Virus record (IMG/VR): IMGVR_UViG_3300044726_000065
Span: 1 to 42,969 of that record
Source of the DNA: a virus
Strand: one strand, 5' to 3'
DNA: 42,969 bases
Shown here: positions 8,974 through 16,288 of the stretch, in pieces
Numbering within the stretch: position 1 is the first letter of the stretch
How the letters are laid out: each line of letters starts with the position of its first letter
The notes under the pieces: model-generated
Databases searched by the model: none
What the model was told of the DNA's origin: nothing
Seen by the model: the letters and a program-made list of their open reading frames with translations, nothing else
Program-made: the position numbers and the translations under genes

Positions 8974-9631
8974 GTATAGCAATTTGAGTTATTGATTGAA
9001 TTTGATTTGAAATTGTACTAAGCGTTTTTGTTGAATAGAAATTATCCTTAGATATGATTTTACAAATAGGTTCCCATACTTCAAGTATCTTTTCCCTGTG
9101 CATATCTGGAGACCCTGTAAGTTTACCTTGTTCGCAAAAAAACTGAGCAATCGAAAAAAGCGGTTTGAAATCTTTGTCTTTTTGAGAAAGGTATTTAGGA
9201 TTAAACTTTTTGAACATTCCTAACATTTCAGGAATTAGCAAAAGCGTTTTTTCATTTTCACCTCTATTAACATCTTCAATTATATTTTCATCTTCATTTT
9301 CCATACGTGGTGACGTATGTGAATACATATGTTTAGTAGAATTTCTATTTTCTTTCCTTGATTTACAAAAGTTTACCCTATTTTCCTTTTCAATTTTTAG
9401 CCTTTCATTCCAGAAAAAACCATCCTTTGCCAAAAACTTGTCAGCAACTTGTGGCCATATATGTTCAAACCTATGTCCTAACACTTGTTTTATCATATGT
9501 AATGTCATATGACCTTTATTAAACTGCAGCATTAAAAGGGAAATATAAGCTCCTTTACATTCAAAGTCTAAGTGCATTGTGCCACCCAACCAATCACCGG
9601 GGTAAAAAAGGAAAGCGGGATCTTTTGCCAT
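8843..9631 (-). CDS. DUF1376 (YdaU-like) protein, putative replication/initiation-associated
   Basis: The N-terminus MAKDPAFLFYPGDWLGGTMHLDFECKGAYISLLMLQFNKG matches the DUF1376 pattern (F-x-F-Y-x-x-D-W). The last 45 or so residues are low-complexity and overlap the next gene. Confidence 0.7.
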   Translation of the reverse strand: MAKDPAFLFYPGDWLGGTMHLDFECKGAYISLLMLQFNKGHMTLHMIKQVLGHRFEHIWPQVADKFLAKDGFFWNERLKIEKENRVNFCKSRKENRNSTKHMYSHTSPRMENEDENIIEDVNRGENEKTLLLIPEMLGMFKKFNPKYLSQKDKDFKPLFSIAQFFCEQGKLTGSPDMHREKILEVWEPICKIISKDNFYSTKTLSTISNQIQSITQIAIHGKPTAKNGKQQDYGSKERGQQYDGMLNERYGSGGSATGKNPA

Positions 9632-9811
9632 AAAAAAAGCCGGTCATGGGTGAGTATCCACTTCCGGCTATTAAATCTGTGAAAAGATTTCGCAAACGTA
9701 CTCACTTCGTCTGCAAAATCCGTACTAAAAATAAGTACGCTAATATAAAAACAAAGAGCCAGTAAACAAAAAAAAGATTTTCACAGATTTGGAATTACTA
9801 ATCAGAAATGT

Positions 9812-9836
9812 GGCAACTATATACCAGTTGGGACAA
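9812..9836. repeat. Left arm of a 25-bp inverted repeat (ggcaactatataccagttgggacaa)
   Basis: The reverse complement matches 11721..11745 at 24 of 25 positions. A degenerate third copy lies at 9886..9907. Confidence 0.9.
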
Positions 9837-9906
9837 GAGTATAAAACAATAAGTAAAATTCTATTTTAACAAATAAAAGAGTTTGGTCTAACAGGTATAT
9901 AGTTAC

Positions 9907-10467
9907 CTATTTTTTTTCAAGTTCAACTTCTAAAACTATTGCAGAAACATACATTTCCCAAAAAGTAGAGTTTAAAAATATTGGGTATGCATTATTATCA
10001 TCCACTTCAAAATATCGAATCCAATATGTATGATTAACATAAGCAGATTGAGTTATTTCATTTTTAGGGGCTTGTAGATAATACCCATTATCTACAAAGT
10101 GTAATCCATTTAATATTTGAAATGCAAGGTAGCTTGCTAATCGAGCATTTAATTTTTCTAAATCTCCATCTTGTTTCTTGTATGAAAGGTCATTCAATTT
10201 TAAAGGCATCACAAGCATACAGGCAATTTCAGTTCCCGATGCAACTTTATACCTGTTTATAAATCCATCTTGCTTTAAATAAAGTCCTTTGAGATTTGCA
10301 CGAATTATATCAAAGTATGTATTAGAAATAATCTCCGCAGCGTTTTTTTTGGCTTTTATTTTGGGGAAATGATCTACCGAATTCCAGTTTTTTAAGAACT
10401 CATTTAATATTTTTTCAATCTCTCCCCTTCTTTTTTCAATTTGTTTGGCAATAGAATTACTATCCAT
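9907..10467 (-). CDS. Hypothetical protein (accessory cassette)
   Basis: 186-aa ORF with long non-coding flanks. No motif recognised. Confidence 0.55.
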   Translation of the reverse strand: MDSNSIAKQIEKRRGEIEKILNEFLKNWNSVDHFPKIKAKKNAAEIISNTYFDIIRANLKGLYLKQDGFINRYKVASGTEIACMLVMPLKLNDLSYKKQDGDLEKLNARLASYLAFQILNGLHFVDNGYYLQAPKNEITQSAYVNHTYWIRYFEVDDNNAYPIFLNSTFWEMYVSAIVLEVELEKK

Positions 10468-10521
10468 GCGTGGAGTTTAGATTATAATTGGTGGCTACTA
10501 TTCAGAAGAGGATTGAATCCG

Positions 10522-10731
10522 TTATTTAGCTTTTTTAAAATCTTTATCTAATTCTGCATTCATTTGGTTGAATGCATCATTCCCGGCCTTTACAGATTCT
10601 TCTGTAATGAACTCGGTTTCTAAAAGATTTCGCTCACTATTGGGAATGTGTCCCAAAGTCCTTTTAATCAGGTCTGTTTTCAACTCTGGTTTTGAGTTGA
10701 TTTTAATGCCAAATTCATTTTTTTTGGTCAT
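10522..10731 (-). CDS. Hypothetical small protein
   Basis: 69-aa charged ORF, first gene downstream of the predicted minus-strand promoter at 10767..10799. Confidence 0.5.
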   Translation of the reverse strand: MTKKNEFGIKINSKPELKTDLIKRTLGHIPNSERNLLETEFITEESVKAGNDAFNQMNAELDKDFKKAK

Positions 10732-10766
10732 TGTGTGGAGCTTTTAATGGTTAAAAAACAAGGTAG

Positions 10767-10799
10767 CAAAGGTACTAAAACTTATCCACATCGGTGGAT
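10767..10799 (-). promoter_or_regulatory. Candidate Bacteroidota-type promoter (-7 box TACCTTTG) with an overlapping palindromic operator ATCCAC-N4-GTGGAT
   Basis: On the minus strand 10774..10767 reads TACCTTTG (TAnnTTTG consensus), 36 nt upstream of ATG 10731. A perfect 6-4-6 palindrome at 10784..10799 covers the expected -33 region. Confidence 0.45.
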
Positions 10800-11039
10800 T
10801 ACTGCCTAAATGTAGAATATTTTATTTGGTGATTCCAAAAAGAAATATCCAGATATGTTTATAAGACAAGAATTTAGCCAGTTTTTCTAGTCACAACTCT
10901 GTTATTTGCCTATCAATTCATTGAAATACCAATTCCATTAAGTAGCGGTAAAAGAGCTTATATAAAGATTCCAGAAGATTATAAACCGGAGGATTGCGAA
11001 CGTATTGCGAAATTTGTTGATGCGTTGAAGTAAAAGTTT

Positions 11040-11066
11040 AAGCCCCTTTAAGATTAAAGGGGCTTA
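11040..11066. terminator. GC-rich perfect hairpin (aagcccctttaa-gat-ttaaaggggctt)
   Basis: 12-nt perfectly complementary arms. Flanked by aaaagttt on the left and aatatcaaaaatt on the right, so the U-tract is weak on both strands. Confidence 0.5.
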
Positions 11067-11088
11067 ATATCAAAAATTAAATACATTA

Positions 11089-11199
11089 ATGTCGAACAAA
11101 GATACTTCAACGAAATTAAAAAAGGGCATCGCTGCCCATAAAGATATTCACTTGACGAGGGTGAATAAGAGTCAGAGAAAAATGGACGATATAAACTAA
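11089..11199 (+). CDS. Possible small ORF (36 aa)
   Basis: ATG 11089 to TAA 11197..11199 (MSNKDTSTKLKKGIAAHKDIHLTRVNKSQRKMDDIN). Below the ORF-track cutoff. Coding status uncertain. Confidence 0.25.
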   Translation: MSNKDTSTKLKKGIAAHKDIHLTRVNKSQRKMDDIN

Positions 11200-11292
11200 G
11201 TCCATCGGGTATTGATAAAAGAGCCTCATTTGCTCAAGTAACCTTACCCTTCATCTGACTTTTCCATTTACAAAGATAAACTAACTTTGGCT

Positions 11293-11454
11293 ATGGCAAA
11301 GAAGAAAGAAAAGAAATCCCGTGCAGATCGCTACGAGGATAAGCTGAAAATTAACGGCAGCTTTGAGGACGTTATAAAGGTATCTGTAACTCCCACGCCA
11401 CCACATGAAAAGAAAGAAGAAGAAAAGCCAGTACAGAAAAAGAAGAAAGGATGA
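11293..11454 (+). CDS. Small lysine-rich protein (53 aa)
   Basis: ATG 11293. MAKKKEKKSRADRYEDKLKINGSFEDVIKVSVTPTPPHEKKEEEKPVQKKKKG. The stop overlaps the next start as ATGA (11451..11454), suggesting translational coupling. Confidence 0.5.
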   Translation: MAKKKEKKSRADRYEDKLKINGSFEDVIKVSVTPTPPHEKKEEEKPVQKKKKG

Positions 11455-11714
11455 AATTTATAAAATTGAATTGTTGGGGAGATAAGTCATATACTTTCGC
11501 ACTTGACTTTGTTGTTCTCATAAATCAGAATGGACGAGATACCATGTTCAGGCTGGTAGATGGGCAACAAATAATATTTGAGATGGATTATGAGGAATTG
11601 ATAAGTATAATTTTTTCTGATCAATCAGGGGACGATAAAGAGTATCAATTAATCGAAATTGATTATACCAATCCCGAACCAGCCGAAAAACCTAAGCAAC
11701 CTAAAGTACGTTAG
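11451..11714 (+). CDS. Hypothetical protein
   Basis: 87-aa ORF coupled to the upstream small ORF. Followed by the right inverted-repeat arm and a T-run. Confidence 0.55.
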   Translation: MKFIKLNCWGDKSYTFALDFVVLINQNGRDTMFRLVDGQQIIFEMDYEELISIIFSDQSGDDKEYQLIEIDYTNPEPAEKPKQPKVR

Positions 11715-11720
11715 TGCCTT

Positions 11721-11745
11721 TTGTCCCAACTCGTATATAGTTGCC
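11721..11745. repeat. Right arm of the 25-bp inverted repeat (ttgtcccaactcgtatatagttgcc)
   Basis: 24 of 25 match to the reverse complement of 9812..9836. Followed by cttttttc. Confidence 0.9.
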
Positions 11746-11755
11746 CTTTTTTCAC

Positions 11756-12037
11756 TCACTCACTTTCCTTTCCTGAATATCCCATTTCGTTATCAATGCT
11801 TTCGGTTTTACAAGGTCTCAAGTCGATAGAGTAGATCGTTGCTTGAACTTTTGCATTAACGTATTGAAAAGAGTGAAGATTACTATTTAACCAATACTTG
11901 ACTTGGTAAGGGTAGAATCTGTTAAGAACCTGAAATAAAAAAAGCCCCAGATATTTTACTACCTGAGACTTAATTTGCATTATTAATAGACAGCCCACGA
12001 ATGGGCAGATTAATACGAATGTAAAAATAATAATCAT
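11756..12037 (-). CDS. Hypothetical membrane protein (uncertain)
   Basis: 93-aa ORF with a hydrophobic N-terminus (IIIFTFVLICPFVGCLLI). The composition is also compatible with a spurious ORF. Confidence 0.35.
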   Translation of the reverse strand: MIIIFTFVLICPFVGCLLIMQIKSQVVKYLGLFLFQVLNRFYPYQVKYWLNSNLHSFQYVNAKVQATIYSIDLRPCKTESIDNEMGYSGKESE

Positions 12038-12114
12038 AATGTCTTAAATTAATAATGCTATCTCGAAGGTCAGAAAACAGTTTTACAAAACCAAATTTTA
12101 GGGGAACTATTTTT

Positions 12115-12294
12115 TACGGCTCCGGGGCCAACATCCATTTAACAACTGATCTCAACATCTTATCAGTAAAACAAATAGTCCAAATTCCTTCTTCGTTCAT
12201 ATAGGCCAAATAAACCCGTTTGTAATAATCATCATAACAAAGTACCTGGTTAAAGGCTAACGGCTTTTCTATTTCTAACAAAGTCCACATCATT
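12115..12294 (-). CDS. Hypothetical protein (59 aa) with a strong Shine-Dalgarno sequence
   Basis: Not in the ORF track (below 60 aa). MMWTLLEIEKPLAFNQVLCYDDYYKRVYLAYMNEEGIWTICFTDKMLRSVVKWMLAPEP. Upstream on the minus strand is GAGGAGGTGAAAAA-ATG. Confidence 0.5.
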
Positions 12295-12400
12295 TTTTCA
12301 CCTCCTCATAGCACCTTATTTCAATCCGGATTTTATTTACTTAGCAAAAAGAATTACTATTTAGCTTCCGTTGTGTCACTCTCTTGTACTAAAAGTAATT

Positions 12401-12655
12401 CTATTCGGCTTTAAACGGATTTTCTGTAAACAAACTAACTGGCGGCATACCGTGTCCGGTAATTGACAAATAGATACACCCTGTTTTTTCAATTTCTTCC
12501 AAATCCTCTTTAGAAAATTTCCAACAAGATATTATTACAGGAAACCCATCTGAGGTCTCCCCTTTAAAAGCTGGCAGATCGAAACATTGTTCATCTGTCA
12601 TGTCTTTTGGCTTTGTGAACGTAAAATTTGAACCCTCAAAAGTTGTTGGTAACAT
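12401..12655 (-). CDS. Hypothetical protein
   Basis: 84-aa ORF abutting the next gene. Confidence 0.55.
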   Translation of the reverse strand: MLPTTFEGSNFTFTKPKDMTDEQCFDLPAFKGETSDGFPVIISCWKFSKEDLEEIEKTGCIYLSITGHGMPPVSLFTENPFKAE

Positions 12656-12874
12656 TTAATTAGTTTCAGGTGTTGGAAAATCAGTTTTATCCTTCCATCT
12701 TTTCAAAGTTTCTTCAAGAGCCAATATCATATCCTCTCTTTGTGCATTTGAAATATAGTTGCTCATCCCCGGTTTATAAAATTCAAATACCAACAAGCAG
12801 AATCCAAGCCCCGGTAGTTCTTTTTCAATTTTCTTCGCAAGTTGTCGCATTTCTGCGCCTCCTATCTGTGCCAT
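12656..12874 (-). CDS. Hypothetical protein
   Basis: 72-aa ORF in the tightly packed minus-strand gene string. Confidence 0.55.
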   Translation of the reverse strand: MAQIGGAEMRQLAKKIEKELPGLGFCLLVFEFYKPGMSNYISNAQREDMILALEETLKRWKDKTDFPTPETN

Positions 12875-12902
12875 GATTTTGTATTTTTTATTGATGATAG
12901 AA

Positions 12903-13217
12903 TTATTTTGTTTTTACTTCTTCGTAACAGCGTATTTCTATCCTAAAATCAGGCATAGAACTCACCGGAGCCGGACATTTAGCCGGATCCCAGTAAATAG
13001 TATCCCTGTAATTCCCATTCCAAATTACTGCACTATCACAACATCTTTCCGGCCAGCCCATTTGAACCGTAGTTAATGAATCCCAGCCCCAGGTAAATCT
13101 TTTTGACAGACGGACGAAGGTTTTGCAGCCGGTTCTGTCTGTGTTTAGATAGCCGTAATCAACTTTTATGCAAGATGACCAAATTACGCACATTAGTATA
13201 ATGGTTGTTATTTTCAT
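12903..13217 (-). CDS. Cys/Trp-rich small lipoprotein
   Basis: Signal peptide plus lipobox MKITTIILMCVIWSSC-IKV. The mature part contains several Cys and Trp residues. Confidence 0.55.
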   Translation of the reverse strand: MKITTIILMCVIWSSCIKVDYGYLNTDRTGCKTFVRLSKRFTWGWDSLTTVQMGWPERCCDSAVIWNGNYRDTIYWDPAKCPAPVSSMPDFRIEIRCYEEVKTK

Positions 13218-13474
13218 TTATTGCAGTTTGGTGTTATCCCTGAAAAAGTAACAGTATCTATATCATTAACATCAGCAGAAATCCCGATTTCTTTAAAATA
13301 CAAAAGCCCGTATTTTCTGCTTGAATCATAAAAACATTTCTGCCCAGTTCTATACCAAAGCGTCCTGTATTTATCGTGCAGTTTTTCGTATTTATATTCC
13401 AACGCACTATGACAGGAACAAAAGGCAGCGATAAGGCACATTGAAATAAAAAATATTATAAACCTCATAACCAA
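13214..13474 (-). CDS. Small lipoprotein
   Basis: MVMRFIIFFISMCLIAAFCSC-HS signal/lipobox. 4-nt overlap with the downstream lipoprotein gene. Confidence 0.55.
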   Translation of the reverse strand: MVMRFIIFFISMCLIAAFCSCHSALEYKYEKLHDKYRTLWYRTGQKCFYDSSRKYGLLYFKEIGISADVNDIDTVTFSGITPNCNK

Positions 13475-13644
13475 ATAGTTTTAGCAAGATTAAAAGCCGT
13501 ACCGAATCCTATTCTTGTTTTATACCAATGTGGTTTATCATAAGGGCAGCCGTGCGGCTCATGCTGCCCCTCAAACGGAAATAGGTAATCATTTTGTGAC
13601 CCTAAAAATTTAAAAAAGCATCTGATAAATTGAAAATATTTCAT
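13465..13644 (-). CDS. Hypothetical small protein
   Basis: Start taken at ATG 13644 (MKYFQFIRCFF...). The longer tracked ORF to 13719 looks like a non-coding extension. Confidence 0.4.
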   Translation of the reverse strand: MKYFQFIRCFFKFLGSQNDYLFPFEGQHEPHGCPYDKPHWYKTRIGFGTAFNLAKTIWL

Positions 13645-13736
13645 AATTAAGTTTTTTAAAGAAGCCCCTCGTCCTAAAAAGGAAAGGGGGAGATTTCGAT
13701 CCACCATCACGGGCTGCAACGCCCTATGAAGAAAGT

Positions 13737-14054
13737 TTACATATAATAAGTCATATAACCTTCTTTTTTATTTACTATTGCTTGCATTAAATCGCCCCAT
13801 GCCCTCCATGAAAAACCAAAATGAACCCCATCAGAAAATTTAAAAGAAATGTTTTCGTTCTGTTGCCCTTCTCCTGTCATTCCTATCCACCCATTATCTA
13901 TTATTGCTTGTTTAATTAATTCAAAATGTTGAATATATTCATCTTTTACATCAGCCATGTATTCATCCCATGTAGGATTAGAATTATCACCTCCCATAAT
14001 TGGGGTATAATCCTTGCCGCCCTTATCATGCAAATCAATAATTTTTAGTTCCAT
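13737..14054 (-). CDS. Hypothetical protein
   Basis: 105-aa ORF with globular-looking composition. Confidence 0.6.
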   Translation of the reverse strand: MELKIIDLHDKGGKDYTPIMGGDNSNPTWDEYMADVKDEYIQHFELIKQAIIDNGWIGMTGEGQQNENISFKFSDGVHFGFSWRAWGDLMQAIVNKKEGYMTYYM

Positions 14055-14059
14055 TATTT

Positions 14060-14362
14060 TTAAATTTCTTTTCGTACCGCCTCACCTTCCTTTTGCCTTG
14101 CCTCATTCACCGTTCCCCGAAGGTCAGGGTTTTCCTCCTGAATTTTTTGCCTTACTCGTCTTATACTTTCTGAATTGGTAAGTTCACCTTCTGCATACAA
14201 TTTTAAAAAATCCATTGCCGACAAATTTTCACACAAACCCATCAAATCATATTTCCAAATCGTAGCAATCAATTTATTATCGCTGTCCCTTAAATGCGGA
14301 TGCTTTTCAAGCAAAGCCTTCACCCGATCCTTTACTTGGGACATTTCACGAATTAGTTTCAT
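14060..14362 (-). CDS. Hypothetical protein
   Basis: 100-aa ORF (KHPHLRDSDNKLIATIW...). Confidence 0.6.
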   Translation of the reverse strand: MKLIREMSQVKDRVKALLEKHPHLRDSDNKLIATIWKYDLMGLCENLSAMDFLKLYAEGELTNSESIRRVRQKIQEENPDLRGTVNEARQKEGEAVRKEI

Positions 14363-14597
14363 AACTTTTTAGTTCTTGTTTTACTTGTTCAAAAAATCTA
14401 TAAATCGGTGAATTGATATAATGACAATCTTTATGAGCTTTGTCATCTGATTCAAAAGCATCAAGGATACCATTTACATGGATGACGGCGCACTTGATTG
14501 CCATTTGTCTTGACATGATACCGATTTGAATACCGTCACCTCCGTCTATCCTCCAATACTTGTCATAAAGTTCGTTAGCCTTCTCTATTGGTGTCAT
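14346..14597 (-). CDS. Hypothetical protein
   Basis: 83-aa ORF in the minus-strand string. Confidence 0.55.
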   Translation of the reverse strand: MTPIEKANELYDKYWRIDGGDGIQIGIMSRQMAIKCAVIHVNGILDAFESDDKAHKDCHYINSPIYRFFEQVKQELKSYETNS

Positions 14598-14782
14598 CTT
14601 TGATTATCTGTTTTAGGAATAATATGAACATACATCGAATCTATTCTATCCCCGTATAAAATTATCCAACTTTCTATTATTGATTTACGGTTCTTTACAT
14701 CTCTGTAATAAACTTCTTTAACCTTCATTCCAACCTTGTTTACTTTTGCTTCATTCGTATAGAGACACATAATTCCGGGCAT
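14594..14782 (-). CDS. Hypothetical protein
   Basis: 62-aa ORF with 4-nt overlap coupling. Confidence 0.45.
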   Translation of the reverse strand: MPGIMCLYTNEAKVNKVGMKVKEVYYRDVKNRKSIIESWIILYGDRIDSMYVHIIPKTDNQR

Positions 14783-14967
14783 TACTTAAAGTTTTTAGGA
14801 TTAAAGTATTCTATTTTGCTTTCGTAATTATCATAAACCCCGGTAGAAACCCTGTTAACTAATTTAACTCCTATGTTTAAAGACCTCGCTATGTTCTTTT
14901 GCTTTCTGCCTTTCTGAAGTTCAGTTTTTATTTTATCTACCAAATCAGGATTTACTATTTTGGGCAT
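14782..14967 (-). CDS. Small HTH-like DNA-binding protein (putative)
   Basis: 61 aa. KQKNIARSLNIGVKLVNRVSTG has helix-turn-helix character. Confidence 0.45.
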   Translation of the reverse strand: MPKIVNPDLVDKIKTELQKGRKQKNIARSLNIGVKLVNRVSTGVYDNYESKIEYFNPKNFK

Positions 14968-15344
14968 TGGTATTTATTTATTATTTCAATCAATTCAGTT
15001 TTCGACCAACGTTTAATTGTAAATCTGTTTTCTTCCAACCATTCAACCTTTTCCAGTCCGATCTTCTTTATTAAGTTTTTTCTATAACCCACCAAATGAA
15101 ACCTATCAAAGCTGTTACAGCCCTTGCCCTCCTTGTGGCAATTGTCCTCATGGAATCTAAGGAAAGAGCTTTTGCCCTGTGGTACATAATGTCCAGCATC
15201 GTAATCTGTGTGATTTTGCCCGCATGAAATACAATAATCAAACTCGTCCCTTTTCCTGACAAAAGCATTGAACTTTTGTTGAGCCAATTTTAAAAGAAAG
15301 GATAAGGATTTCTTTCTTAGTTTTTCTTCGGTAATTACTTTCAT
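14955..15344 (-). CDS. NinG/Rap-like recombination endonuclease
   Basis: FNAFVRKRDEFDYCISCGQNHTDYDAGHYVPQGKSSFLRFHEDNCHKEGKGCNSF...YRKNLIKKIGLEKVEWLEE follows the lambda NinG pattern of Cys/His clusters. Confidence 0.65.
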   Translation of the reverse strand: MKVITEEKLRKKSLSFLLKLAQQKFNAFVRKRDEFDYCISCGQNHTDYDAGHYVPQGKSSFLRFHEDNCHKEGKGCNSFDRFHLVGYRKNLIKKIGLEKVEWLEENRFTIKRWSKTELIEIINKYQCPK

Positions 15345-15712
15345 AGTGACATTTGCGCTTTACGGTAACTTAATATACTTCTTAATGCATCTATTTGATG
15401 AACTGCTGAACTATTTATCCTGTCAAATCTATTTACTAAAAAGTTCTCTTCCCTACATAAAGCATCAATCTTTTTGTGAATGATCGTTGTACTCCAATCA
15501 CCGGCAAGAGCCTCTTTTAAAGATTGAGTTATTGAATCGTTTTTCCTCATGTCCAAAAGATATTTAGCATTAGCCAAACAATCACCCGACTGCGCCATTA
15601 GGATTTGTAAAAGTTCTAACCTGTCAATTAATCCTTCATCCTGGTCGGATGGCTTTTGCTCAAGAAAGGTTTGCATTTTATCGGCCTTTGCTTTTAGTTC
15701 TTCGTGATTCAT
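15341..15712 (-). CDS. Hypothetical protein
   Basis: 123-aa helical ORF. Confidence 0.55.
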   Translation of the reverse strand: MNHEELKAKADKMQTFLEQKPSDQDEGLIDRLELLQILMAQSGDCLANAKYLLDMRKNDSITQSLKEALAGDWSTTIIHKKIDALCREENFLVNRFDRINSSAVHQIDALRSILSYRKAQMSL

Positions 15713-15978
15713 GCTTTTGGGTCATTTGCGGCCATTTTAACGGCCTTGTTAATATCTCGCATCAAAAGACCTTCCCCGTTTCTGAGCCTCGCCAAAGGGT
15801 TTATTTGCCGGTCTGAAAGCGTTTTTAGTAATTCCTCGTATCTCTGTTCAGTCATTTCGCCAAATTCTGCAAAAACCTGTTCCCGTTCTTCGCTATCCAG
15901 ACCGGCCTGATAAGCCATGTAAGCAAGCTCTTTAGCCATTTCTTCTTCAAGATTCCATATATCTTTTGCGGTTATCAA
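15709..15978 (-). CDS. Hypothetical protein
   Basis: 89-aa acidic helical ORF. Confidence 0.55.
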   Translation of the reverse strand: MITAKDIWNLEEEMAKELAYMAYQAGLDSEEREQVFAEFGEMTEQRYEELLKTLSDRQINPLARLRNGEGLLMRDINKAVKMAANDPKA

Positions 15979-16277
15979 AACGGTAAATCTGGGGTTTCTT
16001 CTTTACTTATAATTTCTACTGATTCGATCTCTTTTATCTTATCGTATATTTTAATAATATCTCCTTTTGTAAGATAGAATTTACTATAAGAAGTAATACC
16101 ATTTTCACCATATACGGGGCTAACAATGTAAATACTATTAACAAGATTATTACCCTTAAACAAACGCTTTTCTTCATCTATGTATTCTGGTTTGCCGTCT
16201 TTGTAAGACTTATTAAAATAGGTACAAAGAATTAAATCTGTATCAGAATTATTTAGCGGAACAATTTGCTTTTCCAT
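15975..16277 (-). CDS. Small protein with an SSB-tip-like C-terminus (…EETPDLPF)
   Basis: 100-aa ORF ending ISKEETPDLPF-stop. Located directly downstream of the SSB-like gene. Confidence 0.6.
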   Translation of the reverse strand: MEKQIVPLNNSDTDLILCTYFNKSYKDGKPEYIDEEKRLFKGNNLVNSIYIVSPVYGENGITSYSKFYLTKGDIIKIYDKIKEIESVEIISKEETPDLPF

Positions 16278-16288
16278 AATTGTAAATT

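Noticed and set aside
11282-11289. TAACTTTG as a promoter -7 box for the rightward mini-operon
   Set aside because: It fits TAnnTTTG but ends only 3 nt before ATG 11293, so the transcript would start at or beyond the start codon. It is kept as a possibility for a leaderless mRNA only.
13645-13736. tRNA-like T-loop resemblance (gagatttcgatccacc) and the N-terminal extension of the 84-aa ORF
   Set aside because: The flanks of the TTCGATC-like loop are not complementary, and no acceptor or anticodon arms can be drawn.
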